Source: an uncultured Gemmatimonadaceae bacterium
GTDB lineage: Bacteria; Gemmatimonadota; Gemmatimonadetes; Gemmatimonadales; Gemmatimonadaceae
Length of the DNA: 63,930 bases
Direction of reading: 5' to 3'
Assembly: GCA_955652635.1 (NCBI GenBank)
Contig: CATPBN010000103.1
Location: forward strand, 1 to 63,930
A program made the position numbers and the translations under genes. The notes under the pieces are model-generated. The model was given only the letters and a program-made list of their open reading frames with translations, did not search any database and was not told the DNA's origin. Positions 1 to 9,896 of the stretch are shown here, piece by piece (position 1 is the stretch's first letter; every line of letters begins with the position of its first letter).

Positions 1-2
1 AA

Positions 3-2441
3 GAGCAGGAGGACGCCATTCGCAAAGGGCTCAAACGCGGGGATCTCAAGATCACGTTTCACGGCGAAAGGCTGCACGGCTCCTACGCGCTCATTCGCAT
101 GAAATTCGCACGTGACGGGTCTTCATCCAAGCCGCAGTGGCTTCTCATCAAGCATCACGATGAGCTCGCGAGTGACCGGGATGTCATTGCAGAGAACATG
201 ACGTCGGTCGAAACGGGCCGCACAATGGAAGAAATAGCGACGGGAAAGACCAAAATCTGGCGAAGCAATCGCGAGCCCAAAAAGGCAGGCACGGTATCGT
301 CACCGCTTAAGTCGAGCCCGGCGAAAGAATCGTCGGCGAAGCTTCCTATCAAGACGAGTGCAGAGAAACCAGCGTCGGCGAAGCTCTCGCTCAAGTCACT
401 CGAGCCGATGTACGCCAGCATCGGAAGCGAGGTGCCAGGCGAGGGCTGGACGTTCGAGCCCAAGTACGATGGGATTCGGGTTCTGGCCTTCGCAACCTCA
501 GCCGAGGTAAAGCTCATTACCCGGAACGGCAAAGACAAAGCGCAGCAATTTCCCGAGATCGTCGCGGCGCTGAAGAAGCTGGCAGCTCAGCCCCGACGAT
601 CATTCGTGCTCGACGGCGAGATCGTCGCGCTCATCAACGGAGAGCCAGCACGATTCCAGGAGCTTCAGGGCCGCATGCATGTAAAAGCGTCGCATATGAT
701 CGAACGGCTCTCGTCTTCCACGCCCGCTGCGCTCATTCTCTTCGATATACTCATTGACGGGGACGAGGTGCTGATCAAGGAGCCGTGGTCGGAGCGGCGC
801 GTTCGCCTCGTCAGGCGAGTCGGAAAACGCATCTCGGAGCAGCTTCGCATTACGGAGTCGGGACAGGGCGATGGGAAGAAAATGCTGGAGAAGGCACGTC
901 GTCAGGGCTGGGAGGGAATCATCGCCAAGCGCGTTGACTCGCGCTACGAACCCGGCAGCCGGTCGCACAATTGGCTCAAGCTGAAGATCGAATTCAGGCA
1001 GGAGTTCGTAGTCGGCGGGTATACCGAACCGCGAAACAGCCGTGAGCACATCGGCGCGCTTCTCCTCGGCTACTTCGACCACGGCAGGTTCATCTACGTC
1101 GGCCACACTGGTGGCGGCTTTACCCGACAGGGCTTGGAGGAGATGTATCGCCGTCTCAAGCCGCTGGAGAGAAAGACTTCGTCGTTCGAAGAGACTCCGA
1201 AAACGAACGAGGAGGCCCACTGGGTGAAGCCGGAAGTTGTCGTCGAAGTGAAGTTCAGCGAATGGACGGCGGACCGGCGCCTCCGGCAGCCAATTCTCCT
1301 TGGGGTGCGCGACGACAAGGATCCAGATGAAGTCGGTCTCGAGCCGACGAGCGTCCAGAAAAAGTCAGCACAGGGCAGTAAGATCGCCAACCGGCAGTCC
1401 CGGATCAGCGTTGCTGCCCGCGCCAAACCGGCGACGAAGGTTCCGCCGCGAAAGTCCGCTCGGCGAACCCAGTCGGTTGGGGGTCCGCACGGAAAAATCG
1501 ATAAAGCCGCGCTTCTGGCGCAGTTGACGGCAATCGAGGAAAGGGGCGGGGACGGTTCCCTCGACTTCGCTGACGGAAAGGCGCTCAAAGTCTCCAACCT
1601 GGACAAGATCTTTTTCCAGCAGGAGAAGTACACCAAGGGCGACGTAATGCGCTTCTACACGCGTATCGCGGACTTCATCCTGCCGGTGATGCGGGATCGC
1701 CCGCTCGTCTTGAAGCGGTTCCCGAACGGGATCAACGGGGAGAGCTTCTACCAGCAGAAGCCGTCGGAGACTACGCCGCCCGAGGTCTGGGTAGACCTGA
1801 TAGAAACCGACGGGGGAGAAAAGCAGCGCCGCATCATCGGGGGAGATCTCCTCACGCTTCTCTACACGATCCAGCTGGGGGCCATCTCGGTCGACCCGTG
1901 GCACTCGCGCGTTCAATCGCTGGAGTACGCCGACTACACGATCATCGATCTGGACCCGGGACCGCGCGCCAACTTTGCCCGTGTGGTTCAGGTCGCGCGC
2001 TGGGCCAAAGAGGTGATCGACGGATTCGGGCTCAATGCGGCGATCAAGACCTCCGGCTCCACGGGGTTACATATCTATCTACCTCTACCCCCACGCACAC
2101 CGAATGAGGCAGCGACGATCGTCGCGCAATTGATAGCTACGAAAGTTGCTGACGCACACCGCAAGGAGGCAACGATCGAGCGCTCTGTCAAAGCGCGTGG
2201 GGCCGCAACGGTTTACGTCGACTACCTCCAGAACATCCAGGGCAAGACCGTTGCGAGCGCCTACAGCGTGCGTGCAAAACCGGGAGCTACGATTTCAACT
2301 CCCCTCGAATGGAATGAGCTGACCGACGGTCTCGACCCGCGCTCGTTCCATTTGGGAAATGCCGCCGCGCGTTTCGAAAAGATTGGAGATGTCTGGAGCG
2401 AAGCGATGAGGAAGAAGAATTCGCTTCAGGCGCTCGCTTAG
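3..2441 (+). CDS. ligD: NHEJ DNA ligase D (phosphoesterase end - ATP-dependent ligase - polymerase), 5' truncated by window
   Basis: Frame is open from position 3 (EQEDAIRKGLKRGDLKITFHGERLHGSYALIRM, PE-domain C-terminus). Ligase motifs EPKYDGIR, LDGEIV, LFDIL, EGIIAK, WLKLK. Primase-polymerase motifs IDLDP, KTSGSTGLH, DYLQN. Confidence 0.95.
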   Translation, partial: EQEDAIRKGLKRGDLKITFHGERLHGSYALIRMKFARDGSSSKPQWLLIKHHDELASDRDVIAENMTSVETGRTMEEIATGKTKIWRSNREPKKAGTVSSPLKSSPAKESSAKLPIKTSAEKPASAKLSLKSLEPMYASIGSEVPGEGWTFEPKYDGIRVLAFATSAEVKLITRNGKDKAQQFPEIVAALKKLAAQPRRSFVLDGEIVALINGEPARFQELQGRMHVKASHMIERLSSSTPAALILFDILIDGDEVLIKEPWSERRVRLVRRVGKRISEQLRITESGQGDGKKMLEKARRQGWEGIIAKRVDSRYEPGSRSHNWLKLKIEFRQEFVVGGYTEPRNSREHIGALLLGYFDHGRFIYVGHTGGGFTRQGLEEMYRRLKPLERKTSSFEETPKTNEEAHWVKPEVVVEVKFSEWTADRRLRQPILLGVRDDKDPDEVGLEPTSVQKKSAQGSKIANRQSRISVAARAKPATKVPPRKSARRTQSVGGPHGKIDKAALLAQLTAIEERGGDGSLDFADGKALKVSNLDKIFFQQEKYTKGDVMRFYTRIADFILPVMRDRPLVLKRFPNGINGESFYQQKPSETTPPEVWVDLIETDGGEKQRRIIGGDLLTLLYTIQLGAISVDPWHSRVQSLEYADYTIIDLDPGPRANFARVVQVARWAKEVIDGFGLNAAIKTSGSTGLHIYLPLPPRTPNEAATIVAQLIATKVADAHRKEATIERSVKARGAATVYVDYLQNIQGKTVASAYSVRAKPGATISTPLEWNELTDGLDPRSFHLGNAAARFEKIGDVWSEAMRKKNSLQALA

Positions 2442-2447
2442 CAGGAC

Positions 2448-2756
2448 TTAACGCCCGCCGTTTCCTACTTTGCGGAGAGGAAGCTCGATCTGTCCGCTTT
2501 CTGCTTCGCTCTGCTTCGAAGAATCTCCGAAGATCGGATCGCTCGACTCGTCGACCATGTGGGTGAGCTTGTAGTAGAAGTGGAGCGAATGGATCGGCGC
2601 CATGAAGCTCCGGTTGCCGGCGCGGGAGATGGCAACGGCCTCTTCGCGCACTCTACGTGGTAGATCGCGCGCTGCGGGAAGTGCCAAAAGTCGCTGTATC
2701 TCTGTGCTGTCTCGTGCGAGCAAAGCTGCGCACAAACCGTCCAGATAAGCCAGCAT
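2448..2756 (-). CDS. Hypothetical protein
   Basis: 102-aa ORF filling the gap, preceded by an AAAGGAG Shine-Dalgarno; no recognised motif. Confidence 0.65.
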   Translation of the reverse strand: MLAYLDGLCAALLARDSTEIQRLLALPAARDLPRRVREEAVAISRAGNRSFMAPIHSLHFYYKLTHMVDESSDPIFGDSSKQSEAESGQIELPLRKVGNGGR

Positions 2757-2873
2757 AGCTACCGGGCTCCTTTGTCAAAGGGTCGAGCCTTAGGTACACA
2801 TTGCAACTAATACACCGCCGCCGCAAGGGGTTCCAGCGGGCTAACAGGGCTTATACCTAGCTGTTACGAGGTT

Positions 2874-3545
2874 TCAGGGAAAGAGGAAATCGAACCTCAC
2901 ACCCCGGTGAGGTCTACGCCTTTTCTTCGGTGCATACCGATAAAGTTGGGCGGGTCGGCCTCTCCCTTCGCTGCGCCATTCGTCTGTAGGTTCGACGAGC
3001 CAGGCGGCCTGAAGGGCACGTCGAAAACTGGCTTTGTGCAGGCGTTTACCAAGCAGCAGTTCATACACCTGTTGCAGCTCGCTCAGTGTGAACGTCGAAG
3101 GCAGAAGTCTGAACGCAATCGGGGCCTGATCGAGTCGGCTTTGTATGGTTCGCGTCGCAGCTTCGACGATGGCGCGCTGACGGGGAGAAAGCGGAGGCAG
3201 ATCCCGCATCGGAAACCAGGTGTAACCTGCAGTGGGAGAAGCGGTTTCGTGCGGTACGAGTCCGACGAATGCAATGGAAATCTCGGACTCGCTGGGATGA
3301 CGTTTGGCGTCTCCGAATGCTCCGATTTGCTCAGTCCAGATCGGAGACTCACCCAACGCGTGTTCGGCCACTCTGATAGCCGCAGCCTCGAGAGTCTCGC
3401 CCGTCTGCGGAGCCCGCCACGGAAGAGCCCAACGCTCACGTTCAGTCGAGCCGCGGGTCAGAAGAATTGCCAGCTCATTCCCCATCGCGGTCACCAGCAC
3501 GACATCGACACTGTACGGGCTGGTTCTGGAGGGACGTTCGCGCAT
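2874..3545 (-). CDS. NrtR-family transcriptional regulator (degenerate Nudix + winged HTH)
   Basis: N-terminal SVDVV...WALP...GETLEAAA (Nudix fold). C-terminal FTLSELQQVYELLLG...SFRR...GRGRPAQLY (NrtR wHTH). Confidence 0.9.
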   Translation of the reverse strand: MRERPSRTSPYSVDVVLVTAMGNELAILLTRGSTERERWALPWRAPQTGETLEAAAIRVAEHALGESPIWTEQIGAFGDAKRHPSESEISIAFVGLVPHETASPTAGYTWFPMRDLPPLSPRQRAIVEAATRTIQSRLDQAPIAFRLLPSTFTLSELQQVYELLLGKRLHKASFRRALQAAWLVEPTDEWRSEGRGRPAQLYRYAPKKRRRPHRGVRFDFLFP

Positions 3546-3556
3546 GATGAAGCGAA

Positions 3557-3577
3557 TTAGTCACCTTTTGTGACTAA
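3557..3577. promoter_or_regulatory. 21-bp palindrome, candidate autoregulatory operator of the NrtR-family gene
   Basis: TTAGTCAC-CTTTT-GTGACTAA, 11 bp upstream of the ATG and immediately downstream of a minus-strand TTGACT (-35-like, 3583-3578). Confidence 0.65.
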
Positions 3578-3744
3578 AGTCAAGACCGCTTCAGATTTTT
3601 TTGTGGGTGACGTCGCAGGTGTTTGCGAAACGCCGCGAGGAATGTGACTCTGATATACGATTCGACTGTGGCGCCGTCAACAGAAAAGGATCCGAACCGA
3701 TTTCCTCATCGCGTCAACTGACCTGACGACGAGACAACGTTCAG

Positions 3745-5529
3745 CTACTTCGGTACCGGAGCCCTCTCAATTCCCGTTCCGCGCGTCGCGTATGGCGGTA
3801 TGCTGATCGGTAGGTGACCTGAGATCGCGGACGAGCCGAGCAGTGCTCGCGCCGCCGCAGTCTGGGAAACCGGAAAACCACCCCACGCAACCAGGTAAGT
3901 GCCAATCGATGGCAGTTGCTGAAGCAGGTATGGATTTCCGAAAGCGACCACAATTGGTTTTCTCCCACGCTGAACCAGAGTCTGCACGAAGCTGGCGAAT
4001 GCCTGAGGCGCGCTCGCAGTTACCGCATCCCAGTTCTGACCCACGTAGGAACCGACGATCGTGACATCGGCAGAATCAGCGGCAGCGATGAGACGAGGAA
4101 AATTCAGCGGAGCATCCTCGGTTGCCATGAACTCGGTGCGCAAATTTGGCAATCCCGCGCGAAGCTCCGCGTTGAACGCGTTTCCTGCGCCAAGATCCGC
4201 CCGCCGTGCGAGCGTTATCGACAGAACTTTCGCGGTCCCCGGCGCGATCGGAACCTGCCTCAGTGAATCTCTCACCAGCGTGATGGACTTCTCCGCCACC
4301 CTGCGCGCGATCTGAAGATTTGAGCTGTCGCCCACCAGGAACCGTAAGCCGTTCAGGTCAACGAGCTTCCGCTGCGCGAGCCCGAGCCGGCGCTTCGTTT
4401 CAACGACTCTACGCACTGAAGAATCCAATCGCGCTTCGGTGTAGCGGCCTTCTCTGACGCCGGCTACGACCGCATCAATGGTTTGCGAAACGTCCAGCGG
4501 CTGTATGAGCACATCGATTCCTGCCGCAATCGCGCGCTTCACGGCTTCGTCGGAGCCGTACTGATCAAGGACTCCCCGCATGTCCATCGCGTCGGAGATG
4601 ATTATCCCCTTGAAGCCCAGCTCTCCGCGAAGCAGCGTCGTCAGTACCTTCCGCGAAAGCGTCCCCGGCACGTTTGACGAATCGAGTGCGGGCATTGCGC
4701 CGTGAAAGGACATGATCGCTCCAACTCCGCCGTTCACGGCCGCGCGGAACGGCACCAGCTCCACCGTATCCAGTCTGCTCCGGCTCACAGTCACCACTGG
4801 CAACGCCAGATGGGAATTCACTCCAGTGTCGCCGTGTCCAGGAAAGTGCTTGCCCGTGGCAATCATCCCATGATCCTGCACTCCATGGATGAAGGCGACG
4901 CCCAGGCGCGCGTCGAGCTCCGGATCTTCCCCGTATGAGCGGGTATTGATGACGGGATTGTCGGGATTGTTGTTGACGTCGAGCACTGGTGCGTACGCGA
5001 TGTGGATTCCCAGCGCTCGCCCCTCGATCGCCGTGAGTTTCCCCTGTTCGTAAGCAAGCGTGGTGTCACGAGTTGCACCGACAGCCATCTCGGGAGGAAA
5101 TACGATCGCGCCACCGAGATCGATCGCATTGGGGACGAAGTAGCCGCCTCTGGCGCGAAATCCCGCGCCTGCTTCAAGATCGGCCCCAAAAAGAAGGGGC
5201 ACCTGGCTCATCGACTGCAGCGCATTCAACTTGGCCGCCACTTCGGTTGGTGAGCCAACCGATATCGTGAAGCCGCCCACTTTTTCTTTCTGGATGTAGT
5301 CGGTAAGTCTGCGCCATTGTGGCGAATCGCCGGACACGAAGTCACCGTACACGCTTGGCCAGACGATCTGCGCTGCCTTCTCGCGAAGTGTGAGCGAGGC
5401 GAGGACGGAATCGGTCCAACGCGACGAGACCGGCCCCCCTGTCACATCCGCCGGATTGGTGCCGGCCGTCTTGCACCCGGAACCAGCGAGCAGCAGGACT
5501 AAAGCGAGTGTTCTCTCCGGGTTCACCAT
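3745..5529 (-). CDS. GH3 beta-N-acetylhexosaminidase (NagZ-like) lipoprotein
   Basis: KHFPGHGD, SH and SDAMDM motifs; lipobox-like LAGSGC. ATG overlaps the upstream stop (TGATG). Confidence 0.9.
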   Translation of the reverse strand: MVNPERTLALVLLLAGSGCKTAGTNPADVTGGPVSSRWTDSVLASLTLREKAAQIVWPSVYGDFVSGDSPQWRRLTDYIQKEKVGGFTISVGSPTEVAAKLNALQSMSQVPLLFGADLEAGAGFRARGGYFVPNAIDLGGAIVFPPEMAVGATRDTTLAYEQGKLTAIEGRALGIHIAYAPVLDVNNNPDNPVINTRSYGEDPELDARLGVAFIHGVQDHGMIATGKHFPGHGDTGVNSHLALPVVTVSRSRLDTVELVPFRAAVNGGVGAIMSFHGAMPALDSSNVPGTLSRKVLTTLLRGELGFKGIIISDAMDMRGVLDQYGSDEAVKRAIAAGIDVLIQPLDVSQTIDAVVAGVREGRYTEARLDSSVRRVVETKRRLGLAQRKLVDLNGLRFLVGDSSNLQIARRVAEKSITLVRDSLRQVPIAPGTAKVLSITLARRADLGAGNAFNAELRAGLPNLRTEFMATEDAPLNFPRLIAAADSADVTIVGSYVGQNWDAVTASAPQAFASFVQTLVQRGRKPIVVAFGNPYLLQQLPSIGTYLVAWGGFPVSQTAAARALLGSSAISGHLPISIPPYATRGTGIERAPVPK

Positions 5530-5810
5530 CAGTGACTGATCGTTCCTTTTTTGGTGGTGTCGATGTCGGAGGAAATGCCGGTCTTGAAGAAGAAGGCAGT
5601 CATGTTCTTCGTCAGGAAGGACCGCGCCTGCGGGTCCATCACATTGAGACCGTAATGATTGATCAGCATGGTCTGCTGCTTGAGCCAGTCTGCCCAGCAC
5701 TGCGTGCAGATCTGTTCAACGACGCGGGCCCCGATTGGTCCCGGAAAGGGCGGCTTTACGAACCCCGCGCGCGTCTGACCACACCGCGCGCAGGTCACTG
5801 ATTCAGGCAC
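5529..5810 (-). CDS. yggX: Fe(II)-trafficking / oxidative damage protection protein (YggX family)
   Basis: PFPGPIG...CW..WLKQQTMLINHYGLN...ARSFL...M..FFF signature. Confidence 0.85.
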   Translation of the reverse strand: MPESVTCARCGQTRAGFVKPPFPGPIGARVVEQICTQCWADWLKQQTMLINHYGLNVMDPQARSFLTKNMTAFFFKTGISSDIDTTKKGTISH

Positions 5811-5818
5811 GCGCGGAT

Positions 5819-6568
5819 CTACCTGCGCGCGTAGGAGATTTCAGCCAGGCCGAAAATGGAAAGGAGTCGCAGATACATCCAGCCGATGTCGAATTCGTAC
5901 CACTTGGCCTTGAATTTCGCGGAGTGAGGATCGGCGTGATGGTTGTTGTGCAGCTCCTCGCCACCCAGCCAGATCGCAATCGGGGAGATGTTCCGGCTCT
6001 CATCCTTGACGTCGAAGTTCCGGTAGCCGACTGCGTGACCCACACCATTTACGATCCCGGCCGCCCAGAATGGGATCCAGATCATCTGAACGCCCCAGAC
6101 GAGGGGGCCAACGAAAAAGCCGAACAGATAGATGTCGACAGCCAGCATCACCAGGATGCCAACCCAGTTGAGGGGAGAGAGCAAGTGCCTCTCGAGCCAG
6201 TCGTTCGGGGTTCCCTTTCCATACTTGTCGAGGACTCCAGGCTGGCGAACCGTCTTTCTATAGTAGAAGGCGCCTTTCAGCACGATGTTCCGCAATCCTT
6301 CCATGAGCGGGCTATGCGGATCCCCTTCCCGATCTGCGAACGCGTGATGCTTTCGATGGCATGCCACCCATTCCTTCGTGACGATGGCTGTCGAGAGCCA
6401 CAGCCAGAGGCGCATGGGCAACGCTGCGAGGAAGTGCAGCTTGACTCCGCGATGGGTTTGGGCCCGGTGCAGAAAGAGCGTGACGGACACATTGGTGAGG
6501 TGTCCAGCAACTATTACGAACAAAATCGGCTTCCACCAAGCCGTCGCCCAGCTTCCAAAATCCGGCAT
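5819..6568 (-). CDS. Acyl-CoA/fatty acid delta-9 desaturase
   Basis: His boxes HRAQTH, HRKHH and HNNHH; DPHSP; hydrophobic segments. Confidence 0.92.
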   Translation of the reverse strand: MPDFGSWATAWWKPILFVIVAGHLTNVSVTLFLHRAQTHRGVKLHFLAALPMRLWLWLSTAIVTKEWVACHRKHHAFADREGDPHSPLMEGLRNIVLKGAFYYRKTVRQPGVLDKYGKGTPNDWLERHLLSPLNWVGILVMLAVDIYLFGFFVGPLVWGVQMIWIPFWAAGIVNGVGHAVGYRNFDVKDESRNISPIAIWLGGEELHNNHHADPHSAKFKAKWYEFDIGWMYLRLLSIFGLAEISYARR

Positions 6569-6641
6569 TACTTACTCCACTGATCTGTATCGGGTACACC
6601 CGCAATCTATCGGAGAGCCCTTCTTAAACCAAACGACCACA

Positions 6642-8636
6642 CTACTCGCGCGTAACCGGTCCCGCGCGATTCGCCGGCGGTGGGCTTCCCCACGTGTCGT
6701 TCGACGAGTTCCAGTCCGGGACCGAAGGGTCGGGCCAGAGCCGAACACCAGTCACTGGACCACGGACCGGTAGCACCGCCTCGAATCGATTGCCACGAGC
6801 CCAGATGTTGACCGGTAGGGAGAAATCCTGAGTTGTACCGTCCGCATAGCCTACCCGGAGCCGGACCGGAAACGGGATGGATGAATTCCGCCGCAGCGCG
6901 ATCACCGCGAATGTCTCTCCCTCGGAGGTGCGTGTGGAAACGCTCTCGATGCCGATGTCGAGAACGTCTGTAGTATAGAAGAAGCTATGCCAGAACCAGG
7001 ACAGATCTTGTCCGGCTGAATTCTCGATGCTCCGAAAGAAATCCCCGGGTGTGGGATGCTTGAACGCCCAGGCCCTGGTGTACTCGCGAAAGGCGGCATC
7101 GAATAGGTCAGGCCCAACGATATGGTTCCGCAGCGTCAGCAGCACAACTGCGGGCTTCCGGTAACCGATCGCGCCCAGCGCGGAAGCAGCGATGTTATCC
7201 GGCGCAGTCATGAGCGGCGACTGGGTTCCCTGCGTCACTGCGTCGCCCCAGTTCTTCAGGTAGCCTGGATACGCATTTTCTCCCGGATAACGAGCCTCAC
7301 TTGCGAAGGCATTGAGATAGGTGTTGAAGCCTTCGTCCATCCAGGCATAGCGACGCTCATTCGAGCCGACAATCATCGGAAACCATTCATGGCCGTGTTC
7401 GTGGTTGAGGACGCCGAATATCGACGCGGGGTCATCATTACCGTAGCCCACCATTACGAACATCGGATATTCCATACCGCCAACCGGGCCTGCGACGCTC
7501 GTCGCCTGCGCATAGGGATATGGAAGGAAGAGCTGCGAGTACTGACGAATCGTCCACGCTGTTTGCTCGGCCGCGTGTTCCCAGGCTTTGCCGGCTTTGG
7601 GGAATTCGTAGTACGCTTGTGCGAGCACCCCGTTCCAATTGGTTCCGTCCCATCTGAAATCAGGAGCGCCTGCCCACGCGACATCGCGGACGTGTTGGGC
7701 GCGAAAGCGCCAGGTTTTTGTTCCCGCAATCTGTCGTGTCTTTGCCGTAGCCGCTTCCGACTGGGTAATGATTTGAACCACGTCGGTGCTCCGTGACGCC
7801 GTTCCAAGACGCCGACGTTGTTCCGCGGTCAGGACCTCTTCGGGATTCTGCAGCACGCCACTGCCGGCGACGGTGTATCCCGCTGGCACCGTCACCGAAT
7901 AGTCGAAGTCTCCGTACTCCAGATAGAACTCGCCCTGGCCGAGGTACGGATCGGTGTTCCATCCCCGGACGTCGTCGTAGACCGCCATTCGCGGGTACCA
8001 CTGTGCGATCTCGAACAGCAGGCTGTCCCGTCCCATCCGATCCGATCCATGCTCCGGCACCCTGAAGGAGTACTTGATCGAGATCGTCGCTTTTCCACCG
8101 CCGGCCGGGGGTGGCGTGGGAAGATCGAGACGCATCATGGTGTCATTGATCCGGGGCCGCACTGATGTCCTGTTTACCTCCACATCAGTCAGGTCGTAGC
8201 CTCCCTGGAATCCCCTTACTCCCCAACGCGAGTCGGCAGGAAACAGCGCGGATCCTTTGCTTCCCGCCCGGTACAGATTCTGGTCGACTTGAACCCAGAC
8301 ATATCGCAGGGTGTCGGGCGAATTATTGGTATATCTGATCTCCACCGAGCCGTTGAGTTGCGCCGCGACAGTGTCGAGTGATGCAGCTATCGTGTAGTCC
8401 GCTCTTTGTTGCCAGTAGTCTGGGCCCGGCACACCGCTCGATGAGCGGTAGCGATTCGGGCCCGGCCAGTCGATCCGGTTGGTGGTCGCAAAAGGATCAT
8501 CGCGTTGCGTATCGAAAACAGATCCGGTTGTTGTGGCCGTGGTAGCTGGAGTCTCCATTCGCACCGGCGCGAGAATGACGGGGGTTTGCTGCGTGCACGC
8601 GGCAAGCGCAGCAAGCAGAAAGGCGTAACTCTTCAC
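6642..8636 (-). CDS. M1-family zinc aminopeptidase, lipoprotein
   Basis: GGMEYP and HEHGH-X18-E (WMDEG). GTG start chosen to give the lipobox LAALAAC. Confidence 0.9.
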   Translation of the reverse strand: MKSYAFLLAALAACTQQTPVILAPVRMETPATTATTTGSVFDTQRDDPFATTNRIDWPGPNRYRSSSGVPGPDYWQQRADYTIAASLDTVAAQLNGSVEIRYTNNSPDTLRYVWVQVDQNLYRAGSKGSALFPADSRWGVRGFQGGYDLTDVEVNRTSVRPRINDTMMRLDLPTPPPAGGGKATISIKYSFRVPEHGSDRMGRDSLLFEIAQWYPRMAVYDDVRGWNTDPYLGQGEFYLEYGDFDYSVTVPAGYTVAGSGVLQNPEEVLTAEQRRRLGTASRSTDVVQIITQSEAATAKTRQIAGTKTWRFRAQHVRDVAWAGAPDFRWDGTNWNGVLAQAYYEFPKAGKAWEHAAEQTAWTIRQYSQLFLPYPYAQATSVAGPVGGMEYPMFVMVGYGNDDPASIFGVLNHEHGHEWFPMIVGSNERRYAWMDEGFNTYLNAFASEARYPGENAYPGYLKNWGDAVTQGTQSPLMTAPDNIAASALGAIGYRKPAVVLLTLRNHIVGPDLFDAAFREYTRAWAFKHPTPGDFFRSIENSAGQDLSWFWHSFFYTTDVLDIGIESVSTRTSEGETFAVIALRRNSSIPFPVRLRVGYADGTTQDFSLPVNIWARGNRFEAVLPVRGPVTGVRLWPDPSVPDWNSSNDTWGSPPPANRAGPVTRE

Positions 8637-8755
8637 GTTTTGAAGGCTGTTGTGTTGAGGAATTCGTAAGTTGCGGGCGGTCAAACAGCAACGTAAGGGC
8701 CAGTCCCCGTGACATCCACTTGCGCGAGTTGTCCGACGTCCGTAGCCTCTCCCCA

Positions 8756-9859
8756 ATGAGTCGATCCAAGGCATTGCAGCCTCTCGTAGAGGGACGTGCT
8801 ACCGCGGAGGGCACGCGACAATTTCGAAAACGGTTCGAGAACGGGCAGATCGACCATTTCTATCGGCCGCTCTCTGACGGCCTCGAAGTCTCTTCGCTTG
8901 GTCTCGGCACCTACCTCGGCGAATGCGATGACGCTGAAGACGGACGTTACACTGCAACTGTCGTTGCGGCCCTCGGCATGGGCGTGAATCTGTTGGACAC
9001 AGCCATCAATTACAGATGTCAACGCTCGGAACGCGCAATCGGAGAAGCGGTTCGCATCCTGATCTCCCGGGGCGACATTGAGCGCGAAGAAATAGTGGTC
9101 TGCACCAAGGGGGGATACATACCTCTCGAGCGCACGCCACCCGGCACCAAGGAAGGATACCGCGGCTTTCTCGACAGCGAGTATTACGGTCCTGGCGTAA
9201 TGCAGCCAGAGGATGTCGTATCGGGAGGGCACTGCCTGACCCCGCGATACTTGGCCGATCAGATCGAGCGAAGCAGGCGCAATCTCGGACTCGCATTCAT
9301 CGACGTCTACTACCTGCACAACCCCGAGCAACAGCTCGATGTGTTGAGCCGCTCGAAATTCCTGAGCGTGATCGCTGCGGCGTTTTCAGCGCTGGAGGAA
9401 CAGGGCGAGCGTGGGATCATTGGTTGTTACGGCTGCTCGACCTGGAACGGGTTCCGGGTTCCGCCCGAAGCTCGAAACCATCTGAGCCTCGAGGAGCTCG
9501 TAACGGTCGCTCGCGGGATAGGAGGCGAGAAACACCATTTCAAGATCATCCAGCTCCCGATTAACCTCGCTATGACGGAGGCAGTGCGTGTTCCTACCCA
9601 GTGTATGGGCGCTGACCGCGTCTCGCTGCTGGAGGCGGCGCACCGCGTCGACATTGGAGTAGTTGGAAGTGCGACTCTCATGCAGTCGCAGCTCACACGA
9701 TCGCTCCCCGACCAGCTTCGCTCCGCATTCCCCGGATTCAACAGCGATGCGCGGCGCGCCATTGCGTTCGCGCAGTCGCTACCGCTCACCGCCGCGTTGG
9801 TTGGAATGAAATCTGTTGCGCACCTCGAACAGAACCTGGAGCGCGCTGCGCTCACCTAG
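8756..9859 (+). CDS. Aldo/keto reductase
   Basis: SSLGLGTY, LDTAINY, CTKGG and IDVYYLHNP motifs. Confidence 0.9.
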   Translation: MSRSKALQPLVEGRATAEGTRQFRKRFENGQIDHFYRPLSDGLEVSSLGLGTYLGECDDAEDGRYTATVVAALGMGVNLLDTAINYRCQRSERAIGEAVRILISRGDIEREEIVVCTKGGYIPLERTPPGTKEGYRGFLDSEYYGPGVMQPEDVVSGGHCLTPRYLADQIERSRRNLGLAFIDVYYLHNPEQQLDVLSRSKFLSVIAAAFSALEEQGERGIIGCYGCSTWNGFRVPPEARNHLSLEELVTVARGIGGEKHHFKIIQLPINLAMTEAVRVPTQCMGADRVSLLEAAHRVDIGVVGSATLMQSQLTRSLPDQLRSAFPGFNSDARRAIAFAQSLPLTAALVGMKSVAHLEQNLERAALT

Positions 9860-9896
9860 GTATCTGTAACTCAGAGATTGGTCGCCACATAATCGT

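Noticed and set aside
331-386. Short direct repeat CGTCGGCGAAGCT in ligD
   Set aside because: Two copies encoding SAKL in a low-complexity linker; not CRISPR or a mobile element end.
3-2441. ligD without ku
   Set aside because: The gene runs off the window edge, so ku may lie just upstream.
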